A stretch of DNA of 62,254 nucleotides, the filler included. It is 5 parts of 5 records of this genome, joined end to end, with 100 filler letters (N's around TTAATTAATTAA, not from the genome) between each part and the next. Parts side by side here need not be neighbours in the genome. Positions count along the whole stretch, not along the records: positions 1 to 19,119 come from DRR723986_1744; positions 19,220 to 25,703 come from DRR723986_1747; positions 25,804 to 31,129 come from DRR723986_1749; 2 more parts are not named here. One strand, written 5' to 3'. The translations under genes were made by a program, and so were the position numbers. The first letter of the stretch is position 1. Every line of letters begins with the position of its first letter. Below the pieces are notes generated by a model, which saw only the letters and a program-made list of their open reading frames with translations, did no database searches and was not told the DNA's origin. Shown here one piece after another: positions 18,405 through 29,319 of the stretch.

Positions 18405-19119
18405 TTAGCGCGTGAAGGCTTCCTTGTTGCCGGCGTCGACGTTGATGATATTGCCGGTGGACTTGGCCGACCGGTCAGAGGCCAGGAAATAGGCGGCCTC
18501 CGCGATGTCCTCGGGCAGCACCGACCGCTTCAGCATCGACCGCTGGCGGTACATCTCCTCGAGCCCGCCCTTGTCGGTGCCATAGGTCGAAGCGCGCTGC
18601 TCCAGCCACTCGCCCTCCCAGATCTTGGACCCGCGCAGCACCGCGTCGGGGTTCACCACGTTGACGCGGATACCCGCCTCGGCCCCTTCCAGCGCAAGAC
18701 AGCGGGCGAGGTGGATTTCCGACGCCTTCGCCGTGCAATAGGCCGAGGCATTCGGCGACGCCGCCAGCCCGTTCTTCGACGCGACAAAGACGACCGAGCC
18801 GCCCATATCCTGCACCCGCATGACCTTGAATGCCTCACGTGAGACAAGGAAATAACCGGTGGACAGGATGTCCATGTTCTTCTGCCACAGCGCGAGCGAG
18901 GTCTCCTCGATCGGCGCGGACGACGCGATCCCGGCGTTCGACACCAGAATGTCGATGCCGCCGTATTCCACCGCCAGATCGGCATAGGCGCGCGCGACGG
19001 CACTCTCGTCCGTCACGTTCATCTCGACCGAGCGCACCACGTCACGGCCATAACGCTGCGACAGGCTATCCAGGGCAGCACCAAGCGTGTCGGGGTTGAT
19101 GTCCGCCAGCATCACGCAG
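18405..19119 (-). CDS. rhaD: C-terminal SDR domain of a bifunctional rhamnulose-1-phosphate aldolase/dehydrogenase (5' partial)
   Basis: ASKNGL..SPNASAYCTAKA, VNPDAVLRGSKIW, STGNIINVDAGN; directly upstream of rhaA. Confidence 0.88.
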
Positions 19120-19219
19120 NNNNNNNNNNNNNNNNNNNNNNNNNNNNNNNNNNNNNNNNNNNNTTAATTAATTAANNNNNNNNNNNNNNNNNNNNNNNNN
19201 NNNNNNNNNNNNNNNNNNN
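19120..19219. other. Artificial contig linker
   Basis: N-run, TTAATTAATTAA (stops in all six frames), N-run. Confidence 0.99.
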
Positions 19220-19220
19220 A

Positions 19221-20261
19221 TACAAGGCCGTGGATGGCTGCCCGACCGACTGGCATTTTGTCCATTACGCCGAACGCGCCAAGGGCGGCGCGGGGCTGAT
19301 CTATACGGAAATGACCTGTGTGTCGCCCGAAGGCCGGATCACGCCGGGCTGTCCGGGGCTGTATGCGCCGGAGCATGAGGCCGCGTGGCGGCGGCTGGTG
19401 GATTTCGTCCATGCCGAAACGCCTGCCAAGCTGTGCTGTCAGATCGGCCACGCCGGGCGCAAGGCCTCGACCCAATTGGGGTGGGAGGACGGCGACGCGC
19501 CGTTGAAAGACGGCAACTGGGAGATCATCGCGCCCTCGGCCCTGCCATGGTCAGACGCGAACGCCGTACCGCATGAAATGACCCGCGCGGATATGGATGC
19601 GGTGACGGCGCAATTCGTGGCCTCAGTGAATATGGCGGACCGCGCGGGCTTTGACATGATCGAACTGCACGCGGCCCATGGCTATCTGATTTCCTCGTTC
19701 ATCTCGCCCGTGTCGAACACGCGGGGCGACGCCTATGGCGGGACGCTGGAAAACCGCATGCGCTATCCGTTGGAGGTGTTCCAAGCCATGCGCGCGGCGT
19801 GGCCCGCGGAGAAACCCATGTCGGTCAGGATTTCGGCCAATGACTGGGTGGGCGACACCGGTGTGACCCCGGAAGACGCGGTCGACATTGCGCGGATGTT
19901 CCGCGAGGCAGGGGCCGATATCATCGACGTGTCCGCCGGGCAGACCAGCACCGACGCGCAGCCCATCTATGGCCGCATGTTCCAGACTCCGTTTTCCAAC
20001 CGCATCCGAAATGAGCTGAACATGCCGACCATGGCCGTGGGCAACATCTTCGAAACCGACCACGTCAATTCGATCCTGATGGCGGGGCGCGCCGACCTTG
20101 TCTGCCTTGCCCGCCCGCATCTGACCGATCCCTACTGGACGCTCCATGCGGGTGTGGAACTGGGCGACACCAGCTGTGACTGGCCGCTGCCCTACCTTGC
20201 CGGGCGCGATCAGGCCTACCGCTTGCAGGAGAAGAAAGCGCAGGAGGAGATCCGGGCATGA
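19221..20261 (+). CDS. C-terminal NADH:flavin oxidoreductase (OYE-like) domain of a bifunctional salicylyl-CoA 5-hydroxylase / 2-aminobenzoyl-CoA monooxygenase-reductase (5' partial)
   Basis: [57 protein letters not shown]; operon context. Confidence 0.9.
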   Translation, partial: YKAVDGCPTDWHFVHYAERAKGGAGLIYTEMTCVSPEGRITPGCPGLYAPEHEAAWRRLVDFVHAETPAKLCCQIGHAGRKASTQLGWEDGDAPLKDGNWEIIAPSALPWSDANAVPHEMTRADMDAVTAQFVASVNMADRAGFDMIELHAAHGYLISSFISPVSNTRGDAYGGTLENRMRYPLEVFQAMRAAWPAEKPMSVRISANDWVGDTGVTPEDAVDIARMFREAGADIIDVSAGQTSTDAQPIYGRMFQTPFSNRIRNELNMPTMAVGNIFETDHVNSILMAGRADLVCLARPHLTDPYWTLHAGVELGDTSCDWPLPYLAGRDQAYRLQEKKAQEEIRA

Positions 20262-20992
20262 GCCTTGCGGGCAAACGTGTTCTGATCACCGGTGGCGGAA
20301 CCGGTGTGGGTGCCGATCTGGCGGCGGGCTATGCGCAGGCCGGGGCAGAGGTGGTGATTGCCGGACGGCGCGAAGCACCTTTGGCGGCGGTCGCGGGGGG
20401 CAACATTCTGGCCGTAACGGCGGATGTGACGGATGAGGCATCCGTCAAGGCGCTGTTCGAGGCGGCGGGCCCTTGCGATATCGTGATCGCAAATGCAGGC
20501 GCGGCCAGTTCCGCGCCGCTCAAGCACACCAGCCTTGCCGATTGGAACGCGATGCTGGCGGTCAACCTGACCGGCGTTTTCCTGACCTTCCGCGAAGGGC
20601 TGACCCGCATGAATGGCTGGGGACGGCTGATTGCCGTGGCCTCGACAGCTGGTCTCAAAGGATATCGCTATGTCGCGCCCTATGCGGCGGCCAAACACGG
20701 GGTTGTCGGGCTGGTGCGGTCCTTGGCGCTGGAGGTGGCAAAGGGGCCGGTGACAGTCAACGCGCTCTGCCCCGGTTTCCTCGATACCGAGATGACGGAC
20801 CGCTCGGTTGCCAATATCCGCGACAAGACCGGGATGAGCGAAGACGACGCGCGCAAGACGCTGGCCGCCTCGAACCCGCAAAAACGGCTGATCCAGCCCG
20901 CCGAAGTAACCGCCGCCGCGCTGTGGCTGTCGGGTCCGGGGTCCGAGGGCATCAACGGGCAGGCGATTGCCATCGCCGGGGGGGAGGTCTGA
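20258..20992 (+). CDS. SDR-family oxidoreductase
   Basis: [18 protein letters not shown]. Confidence 0.93.
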   Translation: MSLAGKRVLITGGGTGVGADLAAGYAQAGAEVVIAGRREAPLAAVAGGNILAVTADVTDEASVKALFEAAGPCDIVIANAGAASSAPLKHTSLADWNAMLAVNLTGVFLTFREGLTRMNGWGRLIAVASTAGLKGYRYVAPYAAAKHGVVGLVRSLALEVAKGPVTVNALCPGFLDTEMTDRSVANIRDKTGMSEDDARKTLAASNPQKRLIQPAEVTAAALWLSGPGSEGINGQAIAIAGGEV

Positions 20993-21447
20993 TGCGCGAA
21001 ACCGATCTGTCCGCGCGCCGGTTGCGCACCTGGATCAGGCTCTTGCGCCTGACGCGTTCCACCGAGAACCACCTGCGCGAATATCTCCGGGTGAACCATG
21101 ACACCACCCTGCCCCGCTTTGACGTGATGGCGGCGCTGCACCGTGTCAGCGGCCCGATGAAGATGAGCGACCTGAGCCGGCAATTGCTGGTCTCGAACGG
21201 CAATGCCACGGCGGTGGTTGAACGGCTGGAAAAAGAAAATTTGGCCCGGCGTGCGCCCTCTGACGGGGATCGGCGCGTGGTGCTGGTGGAACTGACCGAC
21301 AAGGGCCGTGCGGTGTTCGAGGCACAAGCCAAGGACCACCGGACCGAGGTCGACCGGCTGTTCGCGATGCTGGGACATGAAGAACTGGATGCGCTGCGGG
21401 ATATTCTGCACCGCGTGGAGGAGGCAAGCGATGGCCAAAATGGCTGA
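20992..21447 (+). CDS. MarR-family regulator
   Basis: [43 protein letters not shown]. Confidence 0.92.
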   Translation: MRETDLSARRLRTWIRLLRLTRSTENHLREYLRVNHDTTLPRFDVMAALHRVSGPMKMSDLSRQLLVSNGNATAVVERLEKENLARRAPSDGDRRVVLVELTDKGRAVFEAQAKDHRTEVDRLFAMLGHEELDALRDILHRVEEASDGQNG

Positions 21448-22243
21448 TCTGACACCGACGCATTTTGACTGGCAGGTGCGCGAGCGCGTGGCACGGGTGC
21501 GCCTGAACCGACCCGACCGCAAGAACCCTCTGACCTTCGACAGCTACGCCGATCTGCGCGACACCTTCCGCGCACTGGTCTATGCCGAGGATGTGGACGT
21601 CGTGGTCTTTGCCTCGAACGAGGGCAATTTCTGTTCGGGGGGCGATGTGCATGACATTATCGGGCCGCTGACCAAGATGAACATGAAAGAGCTTCTGGCC
21701 TTTACCCGGATGACCGGCGATTTGGTCAAGGCCATGATCGGCTGCGGCAAGCCCATTATCTCGGCCGTCGATGGCGTGGCCGTGGGGGCTGGTGCGATCA
21801 TCACCATGGCGTCGGATATGCGGCTGGCAACGCCAGAGGCGAAATGTGCGTTCCTGTTTACACGCGTGGGATTGGCAGGTTGCGACATGGGCGCCTGCGC
21901 GATGCTGCCCCGGATCATCGGACAGGGCCGCGCGGCAGAGCTTCTTTATACAGGCCGCACGATGCGGGCCGAGGACGGGCTGGCCTGGGGCTACTGGAAC
22001 GCGCTGCACCCGGCCGATCAGCTGGAAGACAAGGCGATGGAGCTGGCCGAGCGGCTGGCGGCGGGGCCGGTCTTTGCCCATGGGATCACCAAGACGCAGC
22101 TCAACCAGGAATGGAACATGGGGCTTGATCAGGCGATCGAAGCCGAGGCGCAGGCGCAGGCCATTTGCATGCAGACGGCGGATTTCGAACGCGCCTACCG
22201 GGCGTTTGTGGCGAAAGACACGCCGGTGTTCAGGGGGGATTGA
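21431..22243 (+). CDS. Enoyl-CoA hydratase family protein
   Basis: [30 protein letters not shown]. Confidence 0.93.
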   Translation: MAKMADLTPTHFDWQVRERVARVRLNRPDRKNPLTFDSYADLRDTFRALVYAEDVDVVVFASNEGNFCSGGDVHDIIGPLTKMNMKELLAFTRMTGDLVKAMIGCGKPIISAVDGVAVGAGAIITMASDMRLATPEAKCAFLFTRVGLAGCDMGACAMLPRIIGQGRAAELLYTGRTMRAEDGLAWGYWNALHPADQLEDKAMELAERLAAGPVFAHGITKTQLNQEWNMGLDQAIEAEAQAQAICMQTADFERAYRAFVAKDTPVFRGD

Positions 22244-23403
22244 TGGCGGATCGCAGCTTTCTCGACTGGCCGTTTTTTGACGCCCGGCACAAGGACTGGG
22301 CCGAGGGGCTGGATGCCTGGGCGACGGGGGCTGTGGCCTCGGTCGATCATGGCGATACGGACGCGGCCTGTCGCGGGCTGGTCAAATCCTTGGGGGACGC
22401 CGGATGGTTGCAACCGACCGCCGCCGGTGCGGGCGAACGGTTCGATGTGCGCACCCTGTGCCTTAGCCGCGAGACTCTGGCGCGCCATGACGGGCTGGCC
22501 GATTTCGCCTTTGCCATGCAGGGGCTTGGGACCGGGGCACTCTCTCTCTTTGGCACCGACGCGCAGAAAGCCGAATGGCTGCCACTGACGCGGACGGGTC
22601 AGGCGATTGCGGGCTTTGCGTTGACGGAACCCCAGTCCGGGTCTGACGTGGCAAACTCCACCATGATGGCGGAGGAGGACGGCGACCACTTCGTTCTGAA
22701 CGGCGAAAAGACGTGGATTTCCAATGGCGGGATTGCCGATGTCTACACAGTCTTCGCGCGCACCGGCGAGGCCCCCGGCGCGCGGGGCTTGTCGGCTTTC
22801 GTGGTGCCTGCGGACATTCCGGGGTTGGAAATTGTTGAACGATTGGAAACAATCGCACCACATCCGCTTGCTCGTTTACGTTTCAGCAACAGTCGTATCC
22901 CGAAATCCGCGCTGATCGGGGCGCGTGGGGCGGGCTTCAAAATCGCCATGTCGGTGCTGGATGTCTTCCGCTCGACCGTTGCCGCCGCTGCCCTTGGCTT
23001 TGCCCGGCGCGCGCTGGACGAGGCGCTGACACGGGTCAGCACCCGACATGTGCAGGGCGCGGCCCTTTTCGAATTGCAGATGGTACAAGGCCATATCGCG
23101 GATATGGCGGTGGATGTGGATGCCAGCGCGCTGTTGGTCTACCGCGCCGCATGGGCCAAGGATTCCGGCGCGGCGCGGATCACGCGAGAGGCGGCGATGG
23201 CCAAGCTCTTCTCTACCGATCAGGCGCAGAAGGTCATTGACCGCGCGTTGCAGTTGCATGGCGGCGACGGGGTGAGATCGGGCGAGACGGTGGAACGGCT
23301 CTACCGGGAAATACGGGCGCTGCGCATCTATGAGGGCGCATCCGACGTTCAGAAAGTCATCATCGCGCGCCAGACCTTGGCCGCGCATATGGGAGGCGCA
23401 TGA
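22243..23403 (+). CDS. Acyl-CoA dehydrogenase family protein
   Basis: FALTEPQSGSDVA, GEKTWISNGG, ALRIYEGASDVQ. Confidence 0.95.
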   Translation: MADRSFLDWPFFDARHKDWAEGLDAWATGAVASVDHGDTDAACRGLVKSLGDAGWLQPTAAGAGERFDVRTLCLSRETLARHDGLADFAFAMQGLGTGALSLFGTDAQKAEWLPLTRTGQAIAGFALTEPQSGSDVANSTMMAEEDGDHFVLNGEKTWISNGGIADVYTVFARTGEAPGARGLSAFVVPADIPGLEIVERLETIAPHPLARLRFSNSRIPKSALIGARGAGFKIAMSVLDVFRSTVAAAALGFARRALDEALTRVSTRHVQGAALFELQMVQGHIADMAVDVDASALLVYRAAWAKDSGAARITREAAMAKLFSTDQAQKVIDRALQLHGGDGVRSGETVERLYREIRALRIYEGASDVQKVIIARQTLAAHMGGA

Positions 23404-25022
23404 TGCTTGGACCAACGGCACATACCGATACGTTTTCCCGTGCAGGTCTGCCCCCGCAAGACCAGTGGCCGGATTTCCTGCTGGACAGGTTCGAGTACCC
23501 CGATCACCTGAACGCGGGCTATGAGCTGACCGATGCGATGGTTGCCAAGGGCTTTGGCGACCACACTGCGCTGATCGGCAACGGCCGCAGGCGAACCTAC
23601 AAGGAACTGACGGACTGGACCAATCGGCTGGCGCATGTGCTGGTGGAAGATCTGGGTGTGAAGCCGGGCAACCGGGTACTGATCCGGTCCGCCAACAACC
23701 CGGCGATGGTGGCGGCCTGGCTGGCGGCGACCAAGGCGGGCGCTGTGGTGGTCAACACCATGCCGATGTTGCGCGCGGGTGAATTGAGCAAGATCGTCGA
23801 CAAGGCCGAGGTGCAGTTTGCTCTCTGCGACACGCGGCTGATGGAAGACATGATCGCCTGCGCCAAGACAAGCAAGTTCCTGAAATCGGTCGTGGGCTTC
23901 GACGGGACCGCCAACCATGACGCTGAGCTTGACCGGCTGGCGCTGACCAAGCCCGTGCGCTTCGACACCGTCCAGACCGGGCGCGATGACGTGGCTTTGC
24001 TTGGCTTTACCTCTGGCAGCACGGGCGAGCCCAAGGCCACCATGCATTTCCACCGCGACCTGCTGATCATCGCAGATGGCTATGCGAAGGAGGTGTTGCA
24101 GGTCACGCCCGAGGATGTGTTCGTCGGCTCGCCGCCCCTGGCGTTCACCTTCGGGCTTGGCGGGCTGGCGATTTTCCCGCTGCGCTTTGGGGCGGCGGCA
24201 ACCTTGCTGGAAAACGCCTCACCGCCCAACATGATCGAGATCATCCAACAGTTCAAAGCCACGGTCTGCTTCACAGCGCCCACGGCCTATCGTGTGATGC
24301 TGCGGGCGATGGATGAGGGCGCGGACCTGTCCAGCCTGCGGGCCGCCGTGTCAGCGGGTGAAACGCTGCCCTCACCGGTCTATGACGAATGGATGCAGAA
24401 GACCGGCAAACCGATGCTCGATGGGATCGGCGCGACCGAGATGCTGCATATCTTCGTCACCAACCGCTTTGACGACCACCGCCCGGCCTGCACCGGGCGG
24501 CCTGTCACCGGCTATCAGGCAAAGGTAGTGGATGACGACATGACCGAGGTGCCCCATGGCGAGATTGGGCGGCTGGCCGTTCGTGGCCCGACCGGGTGCC
24601 GCTATCTGAACGATCCGCGCCAGACCACCTATGTGCGGGACGGCTGGAATATCACCGGCGACAGCTTCACCATGGATGCAGATGGCTACCTGCATTTCGC
24701 GGCGCGCAACGACGATATGATCGTATCGGCGGGCTACAACATCGCCGGGCCAGAGGTGGAGGCGGCACTGCTGTCCCATGCCGCCGTGGCCGAATGCGCC
24801 GTGGTGGGTGCGCCCGATGAGGCGCGCGGCCATATCGTCGAGGCGCATGTGGTTCTGGCCGAGGGACACGCGGGCAACGCAGCGCTGATCGAATTGCTGC
24901 AAACCCACGTCAAAAGCACGATCGCGCCCTATAAATACCCGCGCCGCATCCACTTCATCGAGGCATTGCCCAAGACGCCAACGGGCAAGATCCTGCGCTA
25001 CAAATTGCGAGAGGAGGGCTGA
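23400..25022 (+). CDS. Aromatic acid-CoA ligase (2-aminobenzoate/benzoate-CoA ligase family)
   Basis: FTSGSTGEPKATMHFHRD, DGIGATEMLHIF, PYKYPR. Confidence 0.92.
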   Translation: MMLGPTAHTDTFSRAGLPPQDQWPDFLLDRFEYPDHLNAGYELTDAMVAKGFGDHTALIGNGRRRTYKELTDWTNRLAHVLVEDLGVKPGNRVLIRSANNPAMVAAWLAATKAGAVVVNTMPMLRAGELSKIVDKAEVQFALCDTRLMEDMIACAKTSKFLKSVVGFDGTANHDAELDRLALTKPVRFDTVQTGRDDVALLGFTSGSTGEPKATMHFHRDLLIIADGYAKEVLQVTPEDVFVGSPPLAFTFGLGGLAIFPLRFGAAATLLENASPPNMIEIIQQFKATVCFTAPTAYRVMLRAMDEGADLSSLRAAVSAGETLPSPVYDEWMQKTGKPMLDGIGATEMLHIFVTNRFDDHRPACTGRPVTGYQAKVVDDDMTEVPHGEIGRLAVRGPTGCRYLNDPRQTTYVRDGWNITGDSFTMDADGYLHFAARNDDMIVSAGYNIAGPEVEAALLSHAAVAECAVVGAPDEARGHIVEAHVVLAEGHAGNAALIELLQTHVKSTIAPYKYPRRIHFIEALPKTPTGKILRYKLREEG

Positions 25023-25024
25023 TC

Positions 25025-25261
25025 ATGCAGACCGTTTTCGTCCAGATCCGGTGCCGCCCCGGCACCACCTATGACGTGGCCTTCGCCATCGTGCTGAAGG
25101 AAATCCACGCGGAACTCTATTCGACAAGCGGAGAGTATGATCTTCTGGTCAAGCTCATCATTCCGAAGGGGGACGACATCGGCCGCTACATCAACGATCA
25201 CTTCCGCGACGTGGACGGGATCGAGCGGACATTGACGACGCTGACCTTCAAGGCATTCTAA
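25025..25261 (+). CDS. Stand-alone Lrp/AsnC ligand-binding (RAM) domain protein
   Basis: 78 aa; ELYSTSGEYDLLVK and GIERTLTTLTFKAF; no HTH. Confidence 0.85.
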   Translation: MQTVFVQIRCRPGTTYDVAFAIVLKEIHAELYSTSGEYDLLVKLIIPKGDDIGRYINDHFRDVDGIERTLTTLTFKAF

Positions 25262-25287
25262 AAGAACGAACAACAGGGAGAGCTACA

Positions 25288-25703
25288 ATGAAACTCAAGA
25301 CACTTGCAGTGGCGGGCCTGATGGCCAGCACATCCACCATGGCGCTGGCAGATGGTGTCAGCATCGGCATGATCACCACCTTGTCGGGCGGCGGCGCGGG
25401 CCTTGGCATCGACGTGCGCGACGGCTTCATGCTGGCAATTGAACAGTCGGGCCGCGACGATATCGAGATGATCATCGAGGATGACGAACGCGCGCCCGAC
25501 CGGGCGGTGCAACTGGCGGACCGGATGATCCAGTCCGATGACGTGGACATCATGACCGGCATCATCTGGTCGAACCTCGCCATGGCGGTGATCCCGTCGG
25601 CAACCGCGCAGGGCGTGTTCTACCTGTCACCCAATGCGGGCCCCTCGCAACTGGCCGGCCCCGGCTGCCACGAGAACTATTTCAACGTCGCCTGGCAGAA
25701 CGA
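25288..25703 (+). CDS. ABC transporter substrate-binding protein, HAAT type (3' partial)
   Basis: Signal peptide; IGMITTLSG..G.D.RDGF; TGIIWSN. Confidence 0.9.
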
Positions 25704-25803
25704 NNNNNNNNNNNNNNNNNNNNNNNNNNNNNNNNNNNNNNNNNNNNTTAATTAATTAANNNNNNNNNNNNNNNNNNNNNNNNNNNNNNNNNNNNNNNNN
25801 NNN
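25704..25803. other. Artificial contig linker
   Basis: N-run, TTAATTAATTAA, N-run. Confidence 0.99.
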
Positions 25804-26416
25804 GGATATCAAGCTGACGCAGCTGGTGAAGCTGTGGAAAAACGGCGAACCGTTCAAAATGTCGAAACGCGCGGGCAATTTTGTTACCCTGCGCGATGTG
25901 GTCGATCAGGTAGGGCCGGGCGTGACGCGGTTTCACATGTTGACGCGCAAAAACGATGCGCCGCTGGATTTCGATTTTGACAAGGTGTTAGAGCAATCCA
26001 AGGAAAACCCGGTCTTCTATGTGCAATATGCCCATGCCCGTGTGCAATCGGTGCTGCGCAAGGCCCACGATGCCGGTATTGCCACCGATGATGGCACGCT
26101 GATGGCCGCAGATCTGGCGCAGCTTAGCCACGAGGCCGAACAGGCCGTGATGCGCAAACTGGCTGAATGGCCGCGTTTGGTGGAAATTGCGGCCCGCGGG
26201 AACGAACCGCACCGCATCGCCTTTTATCTCTACGATCTGGCGTCAGATTTCCACGCGCTGTGGAACCGTGGCAACGATGATGCCAGCCTGCGCTTCCTGC
26301 AAGAGGGCGATGTGGCCACAAGCCAGGCGAAAATTGCGCTGGCACGCGCCGTAGCCGTTGTCATTTCCGCAGGTCTTGGTATTCTTGGTGTCACTCCGGC
26401 GGAAGAAATGCGCTAA
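25804..26416 (+). CDS. argS: Arginine--tRNA ligase (5' partial)
   Basis: KMSKRAG motif, [16 protein letters not shown] anticodon-binding C-terminus. Confidence 0.97.
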
Positions 26417-26493
26417 AATAAGCGCCTCGCTGGGCGAGCAGTGGCAGCAAGTGACCGCAGTGGCAATGTATCACAGGCGGCAGCGAGGCAGAA

Positions 26494-27507
26494 ATGGCAG
26501 ATTACTACGCCGATGGGGGCATCCCCACGCACAATTACGGCTATGCGCAGGCATCGCCGCGGTTCTCCTTTAGCTATGTTGTGGGCGCCTCGCTTTCGCT
26601 GGCGCTGACATTGGGCATTGGCGTTTGGGGCTATAAGCTGATGGTGCGCGATGTCAGCGGTGTGCCGGTGGTGCGCGCCATCGAGGGGCCGATGCGGGTG
26701 CAACCGGCGGATCCCGGCGGGCGTTTGGCCGAAAATCAAGGACTGGCGGTGAATGCTGTGGCAGCCGAGGGCGCCGCTGCCGCCCCGGCCCAGCGTTTGG
26801 TGCTTGCCCCGCCACCCATTAGCCTGGATGACGAGGATGCCCCCTTGGGCGATCTGGCGGCCCAGGCATTGGCCGCGCGTGCAGCACCCGCACCAGCGCA
26901 GTCACAGCCGGTGGCCTTAACCAGCGATGCGCCCCCGCCCACAGCTGCAATTGCCGCCGCAGCTGATGCCGATGTGGCCCAACTGGTCGAACAGCTCAGC
27001 CGCGATGCCACGCCTTTTGAACGTGATAACAATGCCGGTGATGCGCCCGTTGATGCCTCGATCGATGCGGCAGAAACGGGCCAGATGGCGGCAGGCGGGC
27101 TGGGCGGTTTGGCCACCTCGCTGCGCCCTGTGGCGCGCCCCAATGGGCTGGTTTCGCGCGTCAGCGTTACCGATAATGCGGTGGAAAATGCCGTGCGGCT
27201 GGCGCTGGCCACCGCCACCAGTGGCCCCCGTGAAATTGCCCCCGAAAATGTGCCGCTGGGCACGCGTTTGGCGCAGCTTGGGGCGTTTGACAGCCCCGAT
27301 CAGGCCCGCGCCGAATGGCAGCGCCTAGAGTTGCGTTTTGGCGATTACATGGTTGGCAAAAATCGCGTGATCCAAGAGGCGCAATCGGGCGGGCGCACAT
27401 TTTATCGCCTGCGCGCCATGGGCTTTGACGATTTGAACGATGCGCGCCGCTTTTGCGCGGCCTTCGTGGCCGAACGCACCGATTGCATTCCCGTGGTCAC
27501 ACGCTGA
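26494..27507 (+). CDS. SPOR-domain membrane protein
   Basis: Single TM helix; C-terminal QLGAFDS...GRTFYRLRA...C...CIPV; conserved position after argS. Confidence 0.9.
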   Translation: MADYYADGGIPTHNYGYAQASPRFSFSYVVGASLSLALTLGIGVWGYKLMVRDVSGVPVVRAIEGPMRVQPADPGGRLAENQGLAVNAVAAEGAAAAPAQRLVLAPPPISLDDEDAPLGDLAAQALAARAAPAPAQSQPVALTSDAPPPTAAIAAAADADVAQLVEQLSRDATPFERDNNAGDAPVDASIDAAETGQMAAGGLGGLATSLRPVARPNGLVSRVSVTDNAVENAVRLALATATSGPREIAPENVPLGTRLAQLGAFDSPDQARAEWQRLELRFGDYMVGKNRVIQEAQSGGRTFYRLRAMGFDDLNDARRFCAAFVAERTDCIPVVTR

Positions 27508-28517
27508 TGGGCGCGCCGTTTGGGGCCACCATTCTTGACGCCGAGGGGCTGCGCCTGACGGCGCAGGAAAAGGCGTTTTTCGCACAGGCAAACCCATTTG
27601 GGTTTATCTTGTTTGCCCGCAATATCGATACCCCCGATCAGCTGCGCGCCCTGTGCGATGACATGCGCCAGGCGGTGGGGCGCGATGCCCCGATCACCAT
27701 CGATCAAGAGGGCGGGCGCGTGCAGCGCCTGCGTGCGCCGCTTTGGCGCGAATGGCTGCCCCCGATAGACCATGTGGCGCGCGCGGGCGATCAGGCGCGC
27801 GAGGCGATGTATCTGCGCTACCGTATCATTGCCCATGAATTGCGCGATCTGGGCATCGACAGCAATTGCGCGCCTATGGTTGATGTGGCCACGCCCCACA
27901 CCCACCCCTTTTTGCTGAACCGCTGTTATGGCAACACCCCTGCAACCGTGGCGCAGATGGGCCGGGCTGTGGCGGATGGCTTGCTTGATGGTGGTGTGTT
28001 GCCGGTGCTGAAACATATCCCCGGCCATGGCCGCGCACAGGTGGATAGCCATTTTGCGCTGCCCGTGGTTGATGCCAGCCATGCCGATCTGATCGCGACA
28101 GATTTTGCCCCCTTCAAGGCCCTGAATGATCTGCCTATGGGGATGACGGCGCATCTGGTTTATGCCCAGATCCACGATCAGCCCGCCACGCTATCGGCGC
28201 CGATGATGCAGGTGATCCGGCAAGATATCGGCTTTGACGGGCTGATCATGACCGATGACATCGCCATGAAGGCGCTCAGCGGCAGTTTGGCAGATCTGGC
28301 CCAGCAGGCGCGGGTGGCCGGCTGTGATATCGTGCTGCATTGCAATGGCACGCTGGACGAGCGCCGCGCCGTGGCCGATGCCGCAGGGCTGATGGATGCG
28401 CCGGGCCAAGCGCGCGCCGAACGGGCGCTTGCACAGCGCAAACCACCCTCCGAGGTTGACATCTGCGCCCTTGAGGCCAAGCTGGGGGCGCTATTGAACG
28501 GGCGCCCGCATGTCTGA
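27507..28517 (+). CDS. nagZ: Beta-N-acetylhexosaminidase (GH3)
   Basis: ILFARN, DQEGGRVQR, KHIPGHGRAQVDSH. Confidence 0.95.
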   Translation: MGAPFGATILDAEGLRLTAQEKAFFAQANPFGFILFARNIDTPDQLRALCDDMRQAVGRDAPITIDQEGGRVQRLRAPLWREWLPPIDHVARAGDQAREAMYLRYRIIAHELRDLGIDSNCAPMVDVATPHTHPFLLNRCYGNTPATVAQMGRAVADGLLDGGVLPVLKHIPGHGRAQVDSHFALPVVDASHADLIATDFAPFKALNDLPMGMTAHLVYAQIHDQPATLSAPMMQVIRQDIGFDGLIMTDDIAMKALSGSLADLAQQARVAGCDIVLHCNGTLDERRAVADAAGLMDAPGQARAERALAQRKPPSEVDICALEAKLGALLNGRPHV

Positions 28518-29319
28518 CGACGATTTATTCCACACCGCTGAGACCGGCCAAGAGATGTCGGTGGCCGAACGCCTGGCCGCCGAGGCGCTGATTGTCGATG
28601 TTGATGGTTTCGAAGGCCCGCTGGATTTGTTGCTGACCTTGGGGCGCACGCAAAAGGTGGATCTGCGCAAAATCTCGATTTTGCATTTGGCCCAGCAATA
28701 TCTGGCCTTTGTCGAACGGGCCAAGGCGCTGCGGCTGGAATTGGCGGCGGATTATCTGGTAATGGCGGCGTGGCTGGCGTTTTTGAAATCGCGCCTACTG
28801 CTGCCGCCCGACCCCACCGAAGAGGGCCCCAGCGGCGAAGAGCTGGCCGCGCATCTGGCCTTTCAGCTAGAGCGGCTGCAGGCCATGCGCGACGCCGCCG
28901 CCCGCCTGATGGGGCGCGACCAGCGCGGGCGCGATTTTTTTGTGCGCGGGCTGCCTGAAACCGTGGAAAGGGTGCGCAAGATTACCTATAGCGCCACGTT
29001 GTTGGAACTGATGCAGGCCTATAGCCGCATTCGCACGCGCGACGAATTTCGCCCCTTTGTGATGGATCGCGATTCTGTTTTCACCATGGAAGAGGCGCTG
29101 GGGCGGATGCGCGGGCTGATCGGCTTTGCCGGCAAATGGACCGATCTGGAAACCTATCTGCCCGATGGCTGGTCGGCTGATCCGGTGCGCCGCCGCTCGG
29201 CCACGGCCGCCACCTTTGCGGCCTCGCTGGAACTGGCCAAAGAGGGCAAGGTGGAACTGCGCCAAAGCGATACATTCGCCCCCATTCAACTGCGAAAAAG
29301 AGAGGGCAGAGATGGCTGA
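28510..29319 (+). CDS. scpA: Segregation/condensation protein A
   Basis: FEGPLDLLL, AADYLVMAAWLAFLKSRLLLP. Confidence 0.96.
   Translation: MSDDDLFHTAETGQEMSVAERLAAEALIVDVDGFEGPLDLLLTLGRTQKVDLRKISILHLAQQYLAFVERAKALRLELAADYLVMAAWLAFLKSRLLLPPDPTEEGPSGEELAAHLAFQLERLQAMRDAAARLMGRDQRGRDFFVRGLPETVERVRKITYSATLLELMQAYSRIRTRDEFRPFVMDRDSVFTMEEALGRMRGLIGFAGKWTDLETYLPDGWSADPVRRRSATAATFAASLELAKEGKVELRQSDTFAPIQLRKREGRDG

Noticed and set aside
19164-19175. TTAATTAATTAA palindrome recurring four times
   Set aside because: Synthetic six-frame-stop linker inside N-runs, not biological
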